A DNA stretch of 64,000 nucleotides from Acidobacteriota bacterium. Its GTDB lineage: Bacteria; Acidobacteriota; UBA6911. Positions within the stretch are counted from its first letter, which is position 1; every line of letters begins with the position of its first letter. A program made the position numbers and the translations under genes. Under the pieces are notes generated by a model. That model had not been told where the DNA came from. It saw only the letters and a program-made list of their open reading frames with translations, and searched no databases. Location: positions 864,001 to 928,000 of the forward strand of contig OY761556.1 of NCBI GenBank assembly GCA_963664705.1. Reading direction: 5' to 3'. Shown here one piece after another: positions 20,906-30,288 of the stretch.

Positions 20906-22294
20906 ATGACCAGAACTGTTGTTGAGCCGACTCGTGAGATAGAAGTGTGCCAGGAAGCGGATGTTGTCGTCATAGGCGGTGGGCCGGGCGGCATTGGATC
21001 CGCGCTCGCTGCGGCCAGAGCCGGCGCGAAGACGGTGCTGGTCGAGCGCTATGGACATCTCGGTGGAATGTCAACCGGCGGCCTGGTTGCCATTATCCCA
21101 AATCTCAGCACAATTCAGGGAGAGCAATGGATTGCCGGAATCTGCCAGGAGTTGATCGATAGAGTCGACGCGCGCGGGGCAGCTCATGTCCCCAAGAGGG
21201 AAAACTGGGGCTCCGACGATGAGAAACTCGTTAAATACTACATCGATGCCAATTTCGCTTTTTTCTATATTCGGGACGATCTCAAAACGAGACGTAAGCG
21301 GGTTCTATACACTGCATTGGTCGATCCGGAAATTCTGAAATGCGAGCTGAACAACATGATGGAAGAAGCGGGCGTCCAACTCTGTCTCCATTCATGGGGG
21401 ACTCGCCCGATCATGGAAGGGAATACGGTGAAGGGTGTTTTCATCGAAAACAAGTCGGGACGGCAGGCCATTCTGGCAAAAGTTGTGATCGACTGTACCG
21501 GTGACGGCGATCTTCTCAAACCGGCAGGAGCCGAATGCGATCCACGGATGCTTCCAGGGATGAGAATCGCCGCATTCGCTTTTCCATTCTGGATCGGGAA
21601 CGTCAACATGAAGAAGCTTGAAGAATTCAGGGAGACGCAGCCGAAGCGATATGCCGAGTTGATGGATGATTTAAGAGGGCGGGGCGGCGCCGGGTATTAT
21701 ATAAAGGACCTTCTTCCGCAACACGATGGAGTCGCCTGGTTCTATCCGTTTCTCCCGAGTCTGGATCAGGATGATATCGTCGAGATCAATCGGGCAGAGC
21801 TTCAAGGCCGTAAGCTCATGCAATCCTCGTATGAGTTTTATCGACGACATCTCCCCGGGTTTGAGAACAGCTATATTACGCTCAGCTCAATGCAACTCGG
21901 CATTCAGGGCGGGCAGCGAGTCGTAGGAGAATATGTCCTGGGTCAAAAGGATATGGTGTCCGATGAAATATTCGATGACACCATCGCGGTATTCCCCAAC
22001 AACGACAACGGCGAGGACTCCGCCCGGCATCCTAGCGTTTGTATCCCCTACCGCGCGCTTGTCCCCAAAGGAGTTGAAGGTCTGCTGGTCGCCTGTCGCG
22101 CCTATTCCTCAGAGTATCAGCATAACGAGTATTTCAATCTGATTCCCCATTGCATCGCCTTTGGTCAGGCAGCCGGATCCGCGGCTGCTCTTGCGGTGAA
22201 AGCCGGAATCAGGCCAAGAGATATTGACATCCGTCTGCTGCAGAAGCATCTGCTCAACCATGGAGTCTTGCTCCCCAAGTCCGTGGCTGTGTAG
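20906..22294 (+). CDS. FAD-dependent oxidoreductase (FAD_oxidored family)
   Basis: VIGGGPGG, LGGMSTGG, IDCTGDGD, IPYRAL.P and GQAAG motifs. Confidence 0.9.
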   Translation: MTRTVVEPTREIEVCQEADVVVIGGGPGGIGSALAAARAGAKTVLVERYGHLGGMSTGGLVAIIPNLSTIQGEQWIAGICQELIDRVDARGAAHVPKRENWGSDDEKLVKYYIDANFAFFYIRDDLKTRRKRVLYTALVDPEILKCELNNMMEEAGVQLCLHSWGTRPIMEGNTVKGVFIENKSGRQAILAKVVIDCTGDGDLLKPAGAECDPRMLPGMRIAAFAFPFWIGNVNMKKLEEFRETQPKRYAELMDDLRGRGGAGYYIKDLLPQHDGVAWFYPFLPSLDQDDIVEINRAELQGRKLMQSSYEFYRRHLPGFENSYITLSSMQLGIQGGQRVVGEYVLGQKDMVSDEIFDDTIAVFPNNDNGEDSARHPSVCIPYRALVPKGVEGLLVACRAYSSEYQHNEYFNLIPHCIAFGQAAGSAAALAVKAGIRPRDIDIRLLQKHLLNHGVLLPKSVAV

Positions 22295-22444
22295 GGCATT
22301 CTAGGGATTGAAAGGGGCGGCGCGGATTATCTGGCATTCAGGGACGGCAGGCATGTGAAGCAACGATCACGACGCGATTTCTGCGATCGGTTTTATTGAC
22401 GCTCCGGACAACGCAGGATACGTCCCGCCAAAAGGGGAATTGAA

Positions 22445-24736
22445 ATGGCTGATATCGTGGATGAAGAAACAGGGGTAGAGATCAGGAAGACAATCTGCTG
22501 GCCGTCTCCGGGCTGTCATTGCAATTGCGGCCTGCTGGTACGCGTCAAAGACAACAAGATACTAAGCATCCGGGGGAATCCTGACTTCCCATACAATCGC
22601 GGGTCTGTCTGCGCCGAGCGCATGCCTCACTTCCGCAAATGGCTCGATCATCCCGATCAGCTGCAGCATCCGCTCAAACGCAAAGGAGAGCGCGGCGAAA
22701 ATCTGTGGGAGAGAATTTCCTGGGAGCAGGCGCTGGACGAGATCTCCGCAAAACTGCTGGCTCTCAAGGCCGAGCACGGCGCCGAGTGTCTGTCCACGAT
22801 CGAGGGGACCTATCGCTCCGATTTCTACGCTATCCGGGCACGATTCCTGAATCTGTTTGGCAACCCGGCCAACGTGGGGGCTTCCGGGACAGCCTGCGCA
22901 TGCAACAAGGTCGCGCTGTCCTTCGCATTGGCCGGAACCAATATTCCCTGCATCCTGGCGCCTCCCATCAAGCATTTGAACTGCCTGGTACTGCTGGGTC
23001 GGGATTATACATTTTCAAATCCGATCCGGCGGCGCCCGATGCAGAAATGGCGTGCGCAGAATTCCGGCGCCAAGCTGATCGTCATAGATCCGCGGCAGAC
23101 AGAGATGGCCAAAATGGCCGATATCTGGTTGCAGCTACGCCCTGGGACGGACACAGCCCTGCTCATGGGCTGGATCCATGTGATTATTTCGCGCCAGCTT
23201 TACGACCGAGCCTTCGTCGAACAATGGACCTATGGTTTTGAGCAGCTCAAACAGCGCGCAGCGGAGTATACGCCGGAACGCGTTGCCGAGATCACATGGA
23301 TCCCGGCCGATCAGATCATCGCTTCCGCAATCGCCTATGCCGGCAATAAACCCGGATGTATCACCAGCGGACTGGCGCCCGATCAGCTGGGCCTCAACGC
23401 CACGCGCGTGGAGCAGGCCAAGCTTTGTCTGCATGCCATTACCGGGAACATGCGTGGTGATGCGCCCGGGCTCGCGCCCGAAGGTCCGGGCCCCGTTGTC
23501 AATGGCACCATGGCCCTGCGCGATTCCATGATGCAAATGGCGGAGTTGTGCCCGCCGGAACAACGAGCCAAACAGCTGGGCAGCGATCGGTTCAAGTTGA
23601 TGACCTGGCCTGCGTATGAGCGTATGAACGCAATGTATGAGCAGACGTATGGCGTGCCTATATCCATGAGCGGCCACAGCTTTACTGCCCCGGAACCGGC
23701 CATCTGGCGCAGTATTGTGGATGGCGTCCCCTATCCTACGAAAGCTCTCATCACCTGGGGCAGTAATCCTCTGCTCAATGCAGCCAATACCAGGATGGTA
23801 TACAGAGCTTTGAAGAGCCCCAACCTTGATCTGCATGTAGTTTTGGAACACTTCATGACTCCGACGGCCCTGCTGGCGGATTATGTCCTTCCCGCAGCCA
23901 GCAAACTGGAGCGCGGGACGTTGTCCACGATGGAGGATTTCACCTCCGTTTTCGTCGCGGCCGAGCGTGCCATCCCGCCTATCGGCGAGCGCAAATCGGA
24001 TTATTATTTTTTCCGCGAGCTCGCTATCCGGATGGGTTTTGGCGAGCACTTTCCGTGGGAAACCGACGAGGATCTCTATAACTATCGCCTTCAGCCCTTG
24101 GGGATTACCTTCGAAGAGGCAGCCACGAAAAGGTATGTTATCGCCAGTTCTGAATCCTGGACATACGACAAGATTAATCCGCGAACTGGAAAGATAACGG
24201 GTTTCGCTACGCGCAGCGGCAAGTTCGAGCTCTATTCGAATATCCTCGAGGAACTGGGATATGATCCGCTTCCTTATTATGAAGAACCTCCCGAGAGCCC
24301 GATACGAACTCCGGAAATTGCGGCCGAATACCCGCTCATATTGATCAATGGCGGGCGATTTCTTCCGCAGTTTCAATCCGAGCATCGACAGTTCGGTATG
24401 GGGCTGCGCGAACAACACCCCGATCCGCTTCTGCAGATTCATCCGGAAACAGCAGCCCGGCTGGATCTTCGAGAAGGAGACTGGGCGCGAATTGAATCAC
24501 CCAGAGGCGCCATTATCATGAAAACGCAGCTTACTCCGGGCATCGATCCGCGTGTTGTGCATGCAGAGCATTGCTGGTGGTTTCCTGAACAGCCGGGAGA
24601 AGAGCCGTCTTTGCATGGTCTGTGGCAGTCGAATGTAAATGTATTGACCACCGATGAACTGGATACGTGCGACCAGGTTACCGGAAGCTGGCCGGGCAGA
24701 GCCTTGTTGTGTCGAGTGAGCCGGGTCAGCGTCTAG
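22445..24736 (+). CDS. Cytoplasmic bis-MGD molybdo/tungstoenzyme, acetylene hydratase/catechol dehydroxylase-like clade
   Basis: CWPSPGCHCNC..C Fe-S motif, RISWEQALD, IDPR, RPGTD, TPTA..ADYVLP and C-terminal molydopterin-dinucleotide domain. No Tat signal. Confidence 0.88.
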   Translation: MADIVDEETGVEIRKTICWPSPGCHCNCGLLVRVKDNKILSIRGNPDFPYNRGSVCAERMPHFRKWLDHPDQLQHPLKRKGERGENLWERISWEQALDEISAKLLALKAEHGAECLSTIEGTYRSDFYAIRARFLNLFGNPANVGASGTACACNKVALSFALAGTNIPCILAPPIKHLNCLVLLGRDYTFSNPIRRRPMQKWRAQNSGAKLIVIDPRQTEMAKMADIWLQLRPGTDTALLMGWIHVIISRQLYDRAFVEQWTYGFEQLKQRAAEYTPERVAEITWIPADQIIASAIAYAGNKPGCITSGLAPDQLGLNATRVEQAKLCLHAITGNMRGDAPGLAPEGPGPVVNGTMALRDSMMQMAELCPPEQRAKQLGSDRFKLMTWPAYERMNAMYEQTYGVPISMSGHSFTAPEPAIWRSIVDGVPYPTKALITWGSNPLLNAANTRMVYRALKSPNLDLHVVLEHFMTPTALLADYVLPAASKLERGTLSTMEDFTSVFVAAERAIPPIGERKSDYYFFRELAIRMGFGEHFPWETDEDLYNYRLQPLGITFEEAATKRYVIASSESWTYDKINPRTGKITGFATRSGKFELYSNILEELGYDPLPYYEEPPESPIRTPEIAAEYPLILINGGRFLPQFQSEHRQFGMGLREQHPDPLLQIHPETAARLDLREGDWARIESPRGAIIMKTQLTPGIDPRVVHAEHCWWFPEQPGEEPSLHGLWQSNVNVLTTDELDTCDQVTGSWPGRALLCRVSRVSV

Positions 24737-24754
24737 CCGGGTGCGCAATCTTAC

Positions 24755-24797
24755 GTGGAATTCGTGGCAGAGGGGCTCTTTCTGTCGCGAATTCCAC
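24755..24797. repeat. REP-like inverted repeat (GTGGAATTCGTGGC family)
   Basis: gtggaattcgtggcagag / ttctgtcgcgaattccac, between convergent genes. Confidence 0.8.
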
Positions 24798-24803
24798 CGG
24801 CGG

Positions 24804-25913
24804 CTAAAAGCCGAGATTGTGGGTCATCAGCAGATCTGCGCATAGTGCATTCAGATTTTTCTGAACGCTGGGGGGGATGCGGATCCCTTCCACCATCGCC
24901 TTTTTCATGCATTCGTACGCCTTTTCTCCCGCGGTATATATTCTGGCGTTGGGGCCGGCATCCGGAGTTCTTTCGTATGCCCTCAATTCCCTCAGAATGC
25001 TTCCGGTCGTATGTTTGAAATTTTCCACCGGGAGGAAATTCGCAATATTGATTGCCATGAAGAAATGGCCGATGCGGGAGGGTTGTTGCTTCCCGTCCTT
25101 ATCGTGATCGTGGAGTTGAGAGAGATAGCACCCATCCTGGAAGGCTGAGGAAAGAATCTCCACTATCGTTGCCAGCCCATATCCTTTATGCCCGCCCATC
25201 AGTTCCCCTTTTCCTCCGAGGGGAAGAAGCGCGGCCTTTCCCCTGTTCATTTGCTCGATCAGCCTGGAGCTGTCGGTTGCGGGCGATCCGTCTTCTTTGA
25301 TCACCCATCCTTCGGGAATTGGTTTTTTGGCGCGGGCGGCAATTTCAATTTTGCCGCGTGGAGCAATCGATGTGGCAGCATCGAATGTAAATGGAAACTC
25401 CTCATCGGTCGGAGCGCTGAATGCGATTGGGTTAGTACCCAACATGGGTTCGACGCCGAAGGTCGGGGCGATGGAAGGATGGGCGTTGGTAAAGCTCATC
25501 CCGACCATGCCTTCGTTGGCCGCCATCCGGGAATAGTAGCCGGCGATTCCGTAGTGGCTCGAATTTCGAACGGCAACTGCCCCCATGCCATATTTGTGGG
25601 CTTTTTCGATGGCCAGTTTCATTGCATTGAACCCGACAACCATTCCCATCCCATTGGCTCCGTCAACAACGGCGGTAGTGAGAGATTCATTTACGATTTT
25701 CCAATGGGTTGTCGGCTGCTGCAGTCCTGACTTGATGCGCTTGTAATACCAGTGAAGATGGGCGATCCCGTGAGAGCGAACGCCCTTCAGGTCGGAGGCG
25801 AGAAGGACATCTGCCGCAATTTCGGCATCGGGGCGGGGAAGCCCCATGCGAGTCATTGCCTCAATCATAAACTCGGTCAGCTTCTTAACGGGTACATAGA
25901 CGGCTTCTGCCAT
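24804..25913 (-). CDS. Ldh_2 family (malate/lactate/sulfolactate/ureidoglycolate) dehydrogenase
   Basis: GVRSHG, RNSSHYG, GTNPI and GGHKGYGL motifs. GGAG RBS before ATG 25913. Confidence 0.92.
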   Translation of the reverse strand: MAEAVYVPVKKLTEFMIEAMTRMGLPRPDAEIAADVLLASDLKGVRSHGIAHLHWYYKRIKSGLQQPTTHWKIVNESLTTAVVDGANGMGMVVGFNAMKLAIEKAHKYGMGAVAVRNSSHYGIAGYYSRMAANEGMVGMSFTNAHPSIAPTFGVEPMLGTNPIAFSAPTDEEFPFTFDAATSIAPRGKIEIAARAKKPIPEGWVIKEDGSPATDSSRLIEQMNRGKAALLPLGGKGELMGGHKGYGLATIVEILSSAFQDGCYLSQLHDHDKDGKQQPSRIGHFFMAINIANFLPVENFKHTTGSILRELRAYERTPDAGPNARIYTAGEKAYECMKKAMVEGIRIPPSVQKNLNALCADLLMTHNLGF

Positions 25914-26010
25914 GGCTGTCTCTCCATTGTTCAAGCCGGATTCCGAGATGGGGGGCAGGGTATTCCGCGCGGAATCCTTCAGTCCGTGTTCAGCATTCAC
26001 ACTCCATTTA

Positions 26011-27393
26011 CTAATCTTGGAACATTTTTCCCGGATTTAGAATATTCAATGGATCCAGCGCCTGTTTGATTTGCCGTTGAACTCCGACAGAAACCGGACC
26101 CAACGCCTGTTCGAAATATGGGCGCTTGAGAACTCCGACACCGTGTTCTCCGGACAGTGTTCCGCCCTGGGCGAGCGCAACTGCGAAGATCTCCTTTACC
26201 ATCTTCTCCACCTTTGCCCACTCTTCCGGCTTGCGCTTATCAAAGAGAATATTGGGATGCAGGTTCCCGTCTCCCGCGTGGCCGAAGATGACGATGGGAA
26301 GCCCGTATCGGGCGCTGATCTCGCGCAGTCGCTGCACGACTTCCGGAATGGCGCTGCGCGGAACTGTGATATCTTCACCCAGCTTATTGGGAGCCTTGCG
26401 GGCGAGCGACGGGGAAATGGAACGTCGGGCCTTCCACAAGCCGGCGCGCTCAGCTTCAGTTTTGGCAACCTTTACCGACCGGGCTCCATTGTCTGTACAG
26501 ATCTCTCCTGCCGCCTCGATTTCACGGATGACCGTCTGCTCATCCGAGCCATCCGTTTCGATAATCAGAGTGGCTTCAACATCGGTCGGCAATCCCAGGT
26601 GCATCGCCTCCTCTATGCAGGATATGGCTGTCTGGTCCATCAGTTCAAGGCTTGCCGGCACTATACCCGCCGCAATGATTGCATTGACGGCCTTGGACGC
26701 ATTTGCGAGAGAGCTGAATTCGCCCAGGGCGGTCTTGGCATATCGGGGCTTGGCGACCAGACGGAGGAGCGCTTCAGTGATGAGCCCAAGAGTCCCTTCG
26801 GATGCCGTAAACAGGGCATTCAGATTATAGCCGGTTACATCTTTGATCGGTTTACCCCCGGTTTTCAGAACACTGCCATTGGCCAGCACCACGGTCAGTC
26901 CCAATACGTAATTGCCTGTGACTCCATACTTCAGACAGCGAGCCCCACCTGCATTGCAGGCAATGTTGCCGCCGATGGTGGAATGGCGGATGCTGGATGG
27001 ATCCGGAGGATAAAAGAATCCCAGTTTTTCGACTTCTGCCTGCAGGTCGGATGTGACCACGCCAGCCTGGGCGCGGATCGTGGAATTGCCGGCATCGATT
27101 TCCAGAATCCTGTTCATTCGTGTGAAGCTGACAATGATGCCGCCGGCGCGAATCGGGATTGAGCCTGCAGCCAGTCCGGACCCCATGCCGCGCGCGATCA
27201 GCGAGGTGCGGGTTTCCGCTGCCAGCTTGACTACTTCCGCTGCCTGTTCCGTCGATTGCGGCAGCACGACCACGTCGGGCAGCCCTTCGGCAAAGGTTCC
27301 ATCATAGCTATACACGGCCAGGTCTTCCGGCGTGCACAGCACGCCATCCTTGCCGGCAATTCCCACCAAACGCTCGATAATTTTACTTTCCAT
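26011..27393 (-). CDS. GlcD-like FAD-linked 2-hydroxyacid oxidoreductase
   Basis: YPPDPSS, TIGGN, LKYGVT, GHAGDGNLH and SGEHG motifs. Confidence 0.93.
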   Translation of the reverse strand: MESKIIERLVGIAGKDGVLCTPEDLAVYSYDGTFAEGLPDVVVLPQSTEQAAEVVKLAAETRTSLIARGMGSGLAAGSIPIRAGGIIVSFTRMNRILEIDAGNSTIRAQAGVVTSDLQAEVEKLGFFYPPDPSSIRHSTIGGNIACNAGGARCLKYGVTGNYVLGLTVVLANGSVLKTGGKPIKDVTGYNLNALFTASEGTLGLITEALLRLVAKPRYAKTALGEFSSLANASKAVNAIIAAGIVPASLELMDQTAISCIEEAMHLGLPTDVEATLIIETDGSDEQTVIREIEAAGEICTDNGARSVKVAKTEAERAGLWKARRSISPSLARKAPNKLGEDITVPRSAIPEVVQRLREISARYGLPIVIFGHAGDGNLHPNILFDKRKPEEWAKVEKMVKEIFAVALAQGGTLSGEHGVGVLKRPYFEQALGPVSVGVQRQIKQALDPLNILNPGKMFQD

Positions 27394-28654
27394 CCGCACC
27401 CCCGTACGCTTCGTCCAATAAAGTAACCGGGTGTACGACGCGAACCGGCAAGCCGCGCCGCTGCAGTCCCGTGTTGAGCTGCATCTGGCAGCCCGGGCAA
27501 CCGGAGGCAAGAACACGTGCCTCCGTTCCTGCGATATTATCCAGTTTCCTGTTCAGAACTTTCCATGAAGTTTCATAGTGCGTGATCAATTGACTTCCCG
27601 CAGATCCACAGCACCAGTCGGCTTCCGGCATCTCGACAAATTGCAGGCCGTCGATCAGGGACAACAGCTTTCTGGGTTGCTGCCACACTTTCTGGCCCCT
27701 TCGCAAATGACAGGGATCATGGTAGGTGACCTTTGTCTCGAGCCGCCCGGAAGGTTTCTCCAGCGGTATTTCCGAAAGAAATTCGCTGATATCCCGCACC
27801 TTGGATTCAAAGGCTTTTGCCCGGCTTGCCCAATCCGGATCGCCCGAAAGCAGAACGCCATATTCCTTCAGGCTGGATCCACACGTTGCGCAATCTGTAA
27901 CAATCTTGTCCACGTGATAGCGTTCAAAAACAGCGATATTATGCCGGGCCTGTTTTTCCACAAGATCCATGCGGCCATAGCCTCGTGCCGGCATGCCGCA
28001 GCATTCAATCTCCTTCGGGGAAATGACGGTGCAGCCGTTTCGGGCCAGGACACGCAGCGTAGCTGCGCTCTGGTCGGCGAATAATAGACTCTGGGCGCAT
28101 CCGAGAAAGAAACCGATGCGATACCGTTCTTCGCCCCTGGCTTTGGTTACCTCCGGCAGGATGCGCCGCAAAGGGCGCTGCGGGAGCCTCGGGAGCATGG
28201 CTTCGAGATCACGAAGTTTCCCGGGCAGAAGCTTGTTCAGCCCGAGCATGTATACCAGGCGGCGCAGCCCAAGTTTTTCGTAAAGCCGAAGAGGCCAGGT
28301 TGCCATTTCCATCCGACCCGCGTGGGAAACCAGTCCTCCAAAAAGCCACTGTTTCCATTTGGCAGGGCGGATCTGTTCCTGGACGTGACGCATGGAAAGC
28401 GCCAGATCGGCGGGACGAATTCCCACGGGACAGAGATCATTGCAGGCCATGCAATCGAAACAGCCGTACATCTGCTCGATAAGGTTGGGGCTGAGTTCCA
28501 GCTGTCCTTCGAGCCCTTTCCGTGCCAGGGCAACGCGACCGCGCGGAGAGGCTGTTTCCTTTAAATACTCCCGATAGGTCGGACAAACAGCCAGACATAA
28601 CCCGCAGCGAATGCAATTGTGATACGCAGATTCGTCAGGTTTAACCAGGTTCAA
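27383..28654 (-). CDS. GlcF-like Fe-S subunit
   Basis: Two CxxCxxCxxxCP motifs, two CCG domains and YHDPCH. TTG start after GAGGT. Confidence 0.92.
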   Translation of the reverse strand: MNLVKPDESAYHNCIRCGLCLAVCPTYREYLKETASPRGRVALARKGLEGQLELSPNLIEQMYGCFDCMACNDLCPVGIRPADLALSMRHVQEQIRPAKWKQWLFGGLVSHAGRMEMATWPLRLYEKLGLRRLVYMLGLNKLLPGKLRDLEAMLPRLPQRPLRRILPEVTKARGEERYRIGFFLGCAQSLLFADQSAATLRVLARNGCTVISPKEIECCGMPARGYGRMDLVEKQARHNIAVFERYHVDKIVTDCATCGSSLKEYGVLLSGDPDWASRAKAFESKVRDISEFLSEIPLEKPSGRLETKVTYHDPCHLRRGQKVWQQPRKLLSLIDGLQFVEMPEADWCCGSAGSQLITHYETSWKVLNRKLDNIAGTEARVLASGCPGCQMQLNTGLQRRGLPVRVVHPVTLLDEAYGGADGK

Positions 28655-28704
28655 GGCAATTACCTCATTTAGCGTTGCGGGCTCAATGCTCGCTCGGCCG
28701 GTAT

Positions 28705-29991
28705 TTATTTTGTCACGACCGGAAGCGTCAGAAGCGAATGCGGCACAATCAACACATCGCACGACAAGCCCCTGTCGCGGGCCGCAATCTGAATGGCTTC
28801 GTCCATTGTAGCCGCGGGGATCATTTTACACGCGGCCACAACTTCGGGACACTCACTGCCAACGATGATAATTTTCGTCTGTTCAAGCACCTTGGCAATG
28901 ACGAAAGCGCGCTGCTGGCCGGGAGGGAATCCGTTGGTTCGTCCGTCCTGCAGGATCGATTGAACGTCGGGCATGTCGCGCATTGCCGAAAGGAACCGTT
29001 GCTCGCCGACGCCGCTTCCGGCCCCTTCCTCACAGCGCGCGGGGACGATAAAATATCCACCCGGGCGAAGGACGCAGGTCGGTGCAAAGAAGAGGTAGGA
29101 TGGCGCCCGGCTTGCCTGGTACAGATTGCTGTCCTTTGGAAAACCGACACCGGCAATTGCAATATCGTATTGCCCGGGAATCGGAACTTCATAAACCGAG
29201 CGCGCGAAAGCGACAAGATCCTGGAACGCCTGTTCCGGATGGCCCGCGGCCACCCGCAGCACGCGCTTGTCGTCGTCGAGTACCACATTCAGAATGAATC
29301 GGAGTCCCTCGCGCTGCGCAGCCTCCGTAATGGCTTCATGGAATGGGTTCCCCTCAATCTGTCCAAGCCGTGTTCCCGGATGATCGACAAAGGCGGGGCC
29401 GTGCGAATAGGCAATCAGAGCTTCTCCGGCAGCCCCGACAGCAAGCGTTTTCCTGCCTCCGGAATAGCCGGCATATTGATGCGGTTCGACGATTCCGGTC
29501 GCGATGACAAGGTCCGATTCGACGACGGCACGATGTGCGGAAACGGGAACTCCGCCCTCCGTGGTACCAAGGTCGACCAGGGCGGACGGGTTTTGCGGTT
29601 CATTGTCAATGACGCGATAGCGGGCGACAACCGCCGCTCCCAGTTTGGATATCTTCTCCTCCCGGGTGGAGGCGCGATGCATGCCGATGCCGCAAAGCAA
29701 GGTGATGTTTTCATCTTTGACGCCGGCATCCTGCAGTTCGGACAGGATGGGCGGCACCAGAAGACTGTCGGGGCAGGAACGGGTAATATCCGTGAAAACA
29801 ATGCATACTCGACTATCGGCGTGGGCCAATTTTCTTAGAGGCTGGGATCCGATTGGATGCGCCAGTGCGTCCAGTACGGCTTTTTCCTCATTTGCAACAG
29901 GAGGAACGGGTCTGGATACGGCCTGACTGACGCGCATTTCCGAAGGAAGCGAGAACTCCATCGTCGTTTTTCCATACGGCACCTTGTACAT
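28705..29991 (-). CDS. larA: LarA-family nickel-pincer 2-hydroxyacid racemase/epimerase
   Basis: VPYG, DITR, GMHR, EPH..AGYSGGRK and H200-equivalent AYSH. Substrate not established. Confidence 0.88.
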   Translation of the reverse strand: MYKVPYGKTTMEFSLPSEMRVSQAVSRPVPPVANEEKAVLDALAHPIGSQPLRKLAHADSRVCIVFTDITRSCPDSLLVPPILSELQDAGVKDENITLLCGIGMHRASTREEKISKLGAAVVARYRVIDNEPQNPSALVDLGTTEGGVPVSAHRAVVESDLVIATGIVEPHQYAGYSGGRKTLAVGAAGEALIAYSHGPAFVDHPGTRLGQIEGNPFHEAITEAAQREGLRFILNVVLDDDKRVLRVAAGHPEQAFQDLVAFARSVYEVPIPGQYDIAIAGVGFPKDSNLYQASRAPSYLFFAPTCVLRPGGYFIVPARCEEGAGSGVGEQRFLSAMRDMPDVQSILQDGRTNGFPPGQQRAFVIAKVLEQTKIIIVGSECPEVVAACKMIPAATMDEAIQIAARDRGLSCDVLIVPHSLLTLPVVTK

Positions 29992-30028
29992 TTTTCGCCC
30001 CCTCTACTTTTTATATTCGCGTCCTGAT

Positions 30029-30065
30029 GTTTCGCAATGCGAAACCTTGTTCCATAAGGCAGAAT
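30029..30065. promoter_or_regulatory. Two tandem candidate IclR operators, 20 bp apart start-to-start
   Basis: GTTTCG-CAATG-CGAAAC (30029-30045) and GTTCCA-TAAGG-CAGAAT (30049-30065), upstream of larA. Confidence 0.7.
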
Positions 30066-30165
30066 ATTCCTTGGTATTCCTTTTGTCAAAAGAATTGGAC
30101 CCAGTAATAATTGTGTAATTGTGGACACCCACCATCGGAGCCAATTGCGGATTATTCTTAAACCT

Positions 30166-30214
30166 GTTCCGGCATACGAAAATGATTGACACAGGGTGGA
30201 ATTTGATCTATAAA
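30166..30214 (+). promoter_or_regulatory. Operator plus sigma70 promoter
   Basis: GTTCCG-GCATA-CGAAAA (30166-30182), TTGACA (30186-30191), 17 bp spacer, TATAAA (30209-30214). Confidence 0.78.
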
Positions 30215-30288
30215 AGCGCTTTATTTGACGCAGTAAAGTCTCAGGGCGAGTATATCGATCGGATGCCCTGCCAAAACAAAGGAGGATT

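Noticed and set aside
22295-22444. Moco/tungsten riboswitch upstream of the molybdoenzyme
   Set aside because: I could not find the conserved motif elements; only a loose GC-rich inverted repeat is present.
23135-29838. Long antisense ORFs (e.g. 23135-24442, 26071-27162, 28675-29838; likewise 15466-16353, 30469-31407, 48071-49120)
   Set aside because: They are shadows of well-supported genes on the opposite strand, with no motifs or RBS.
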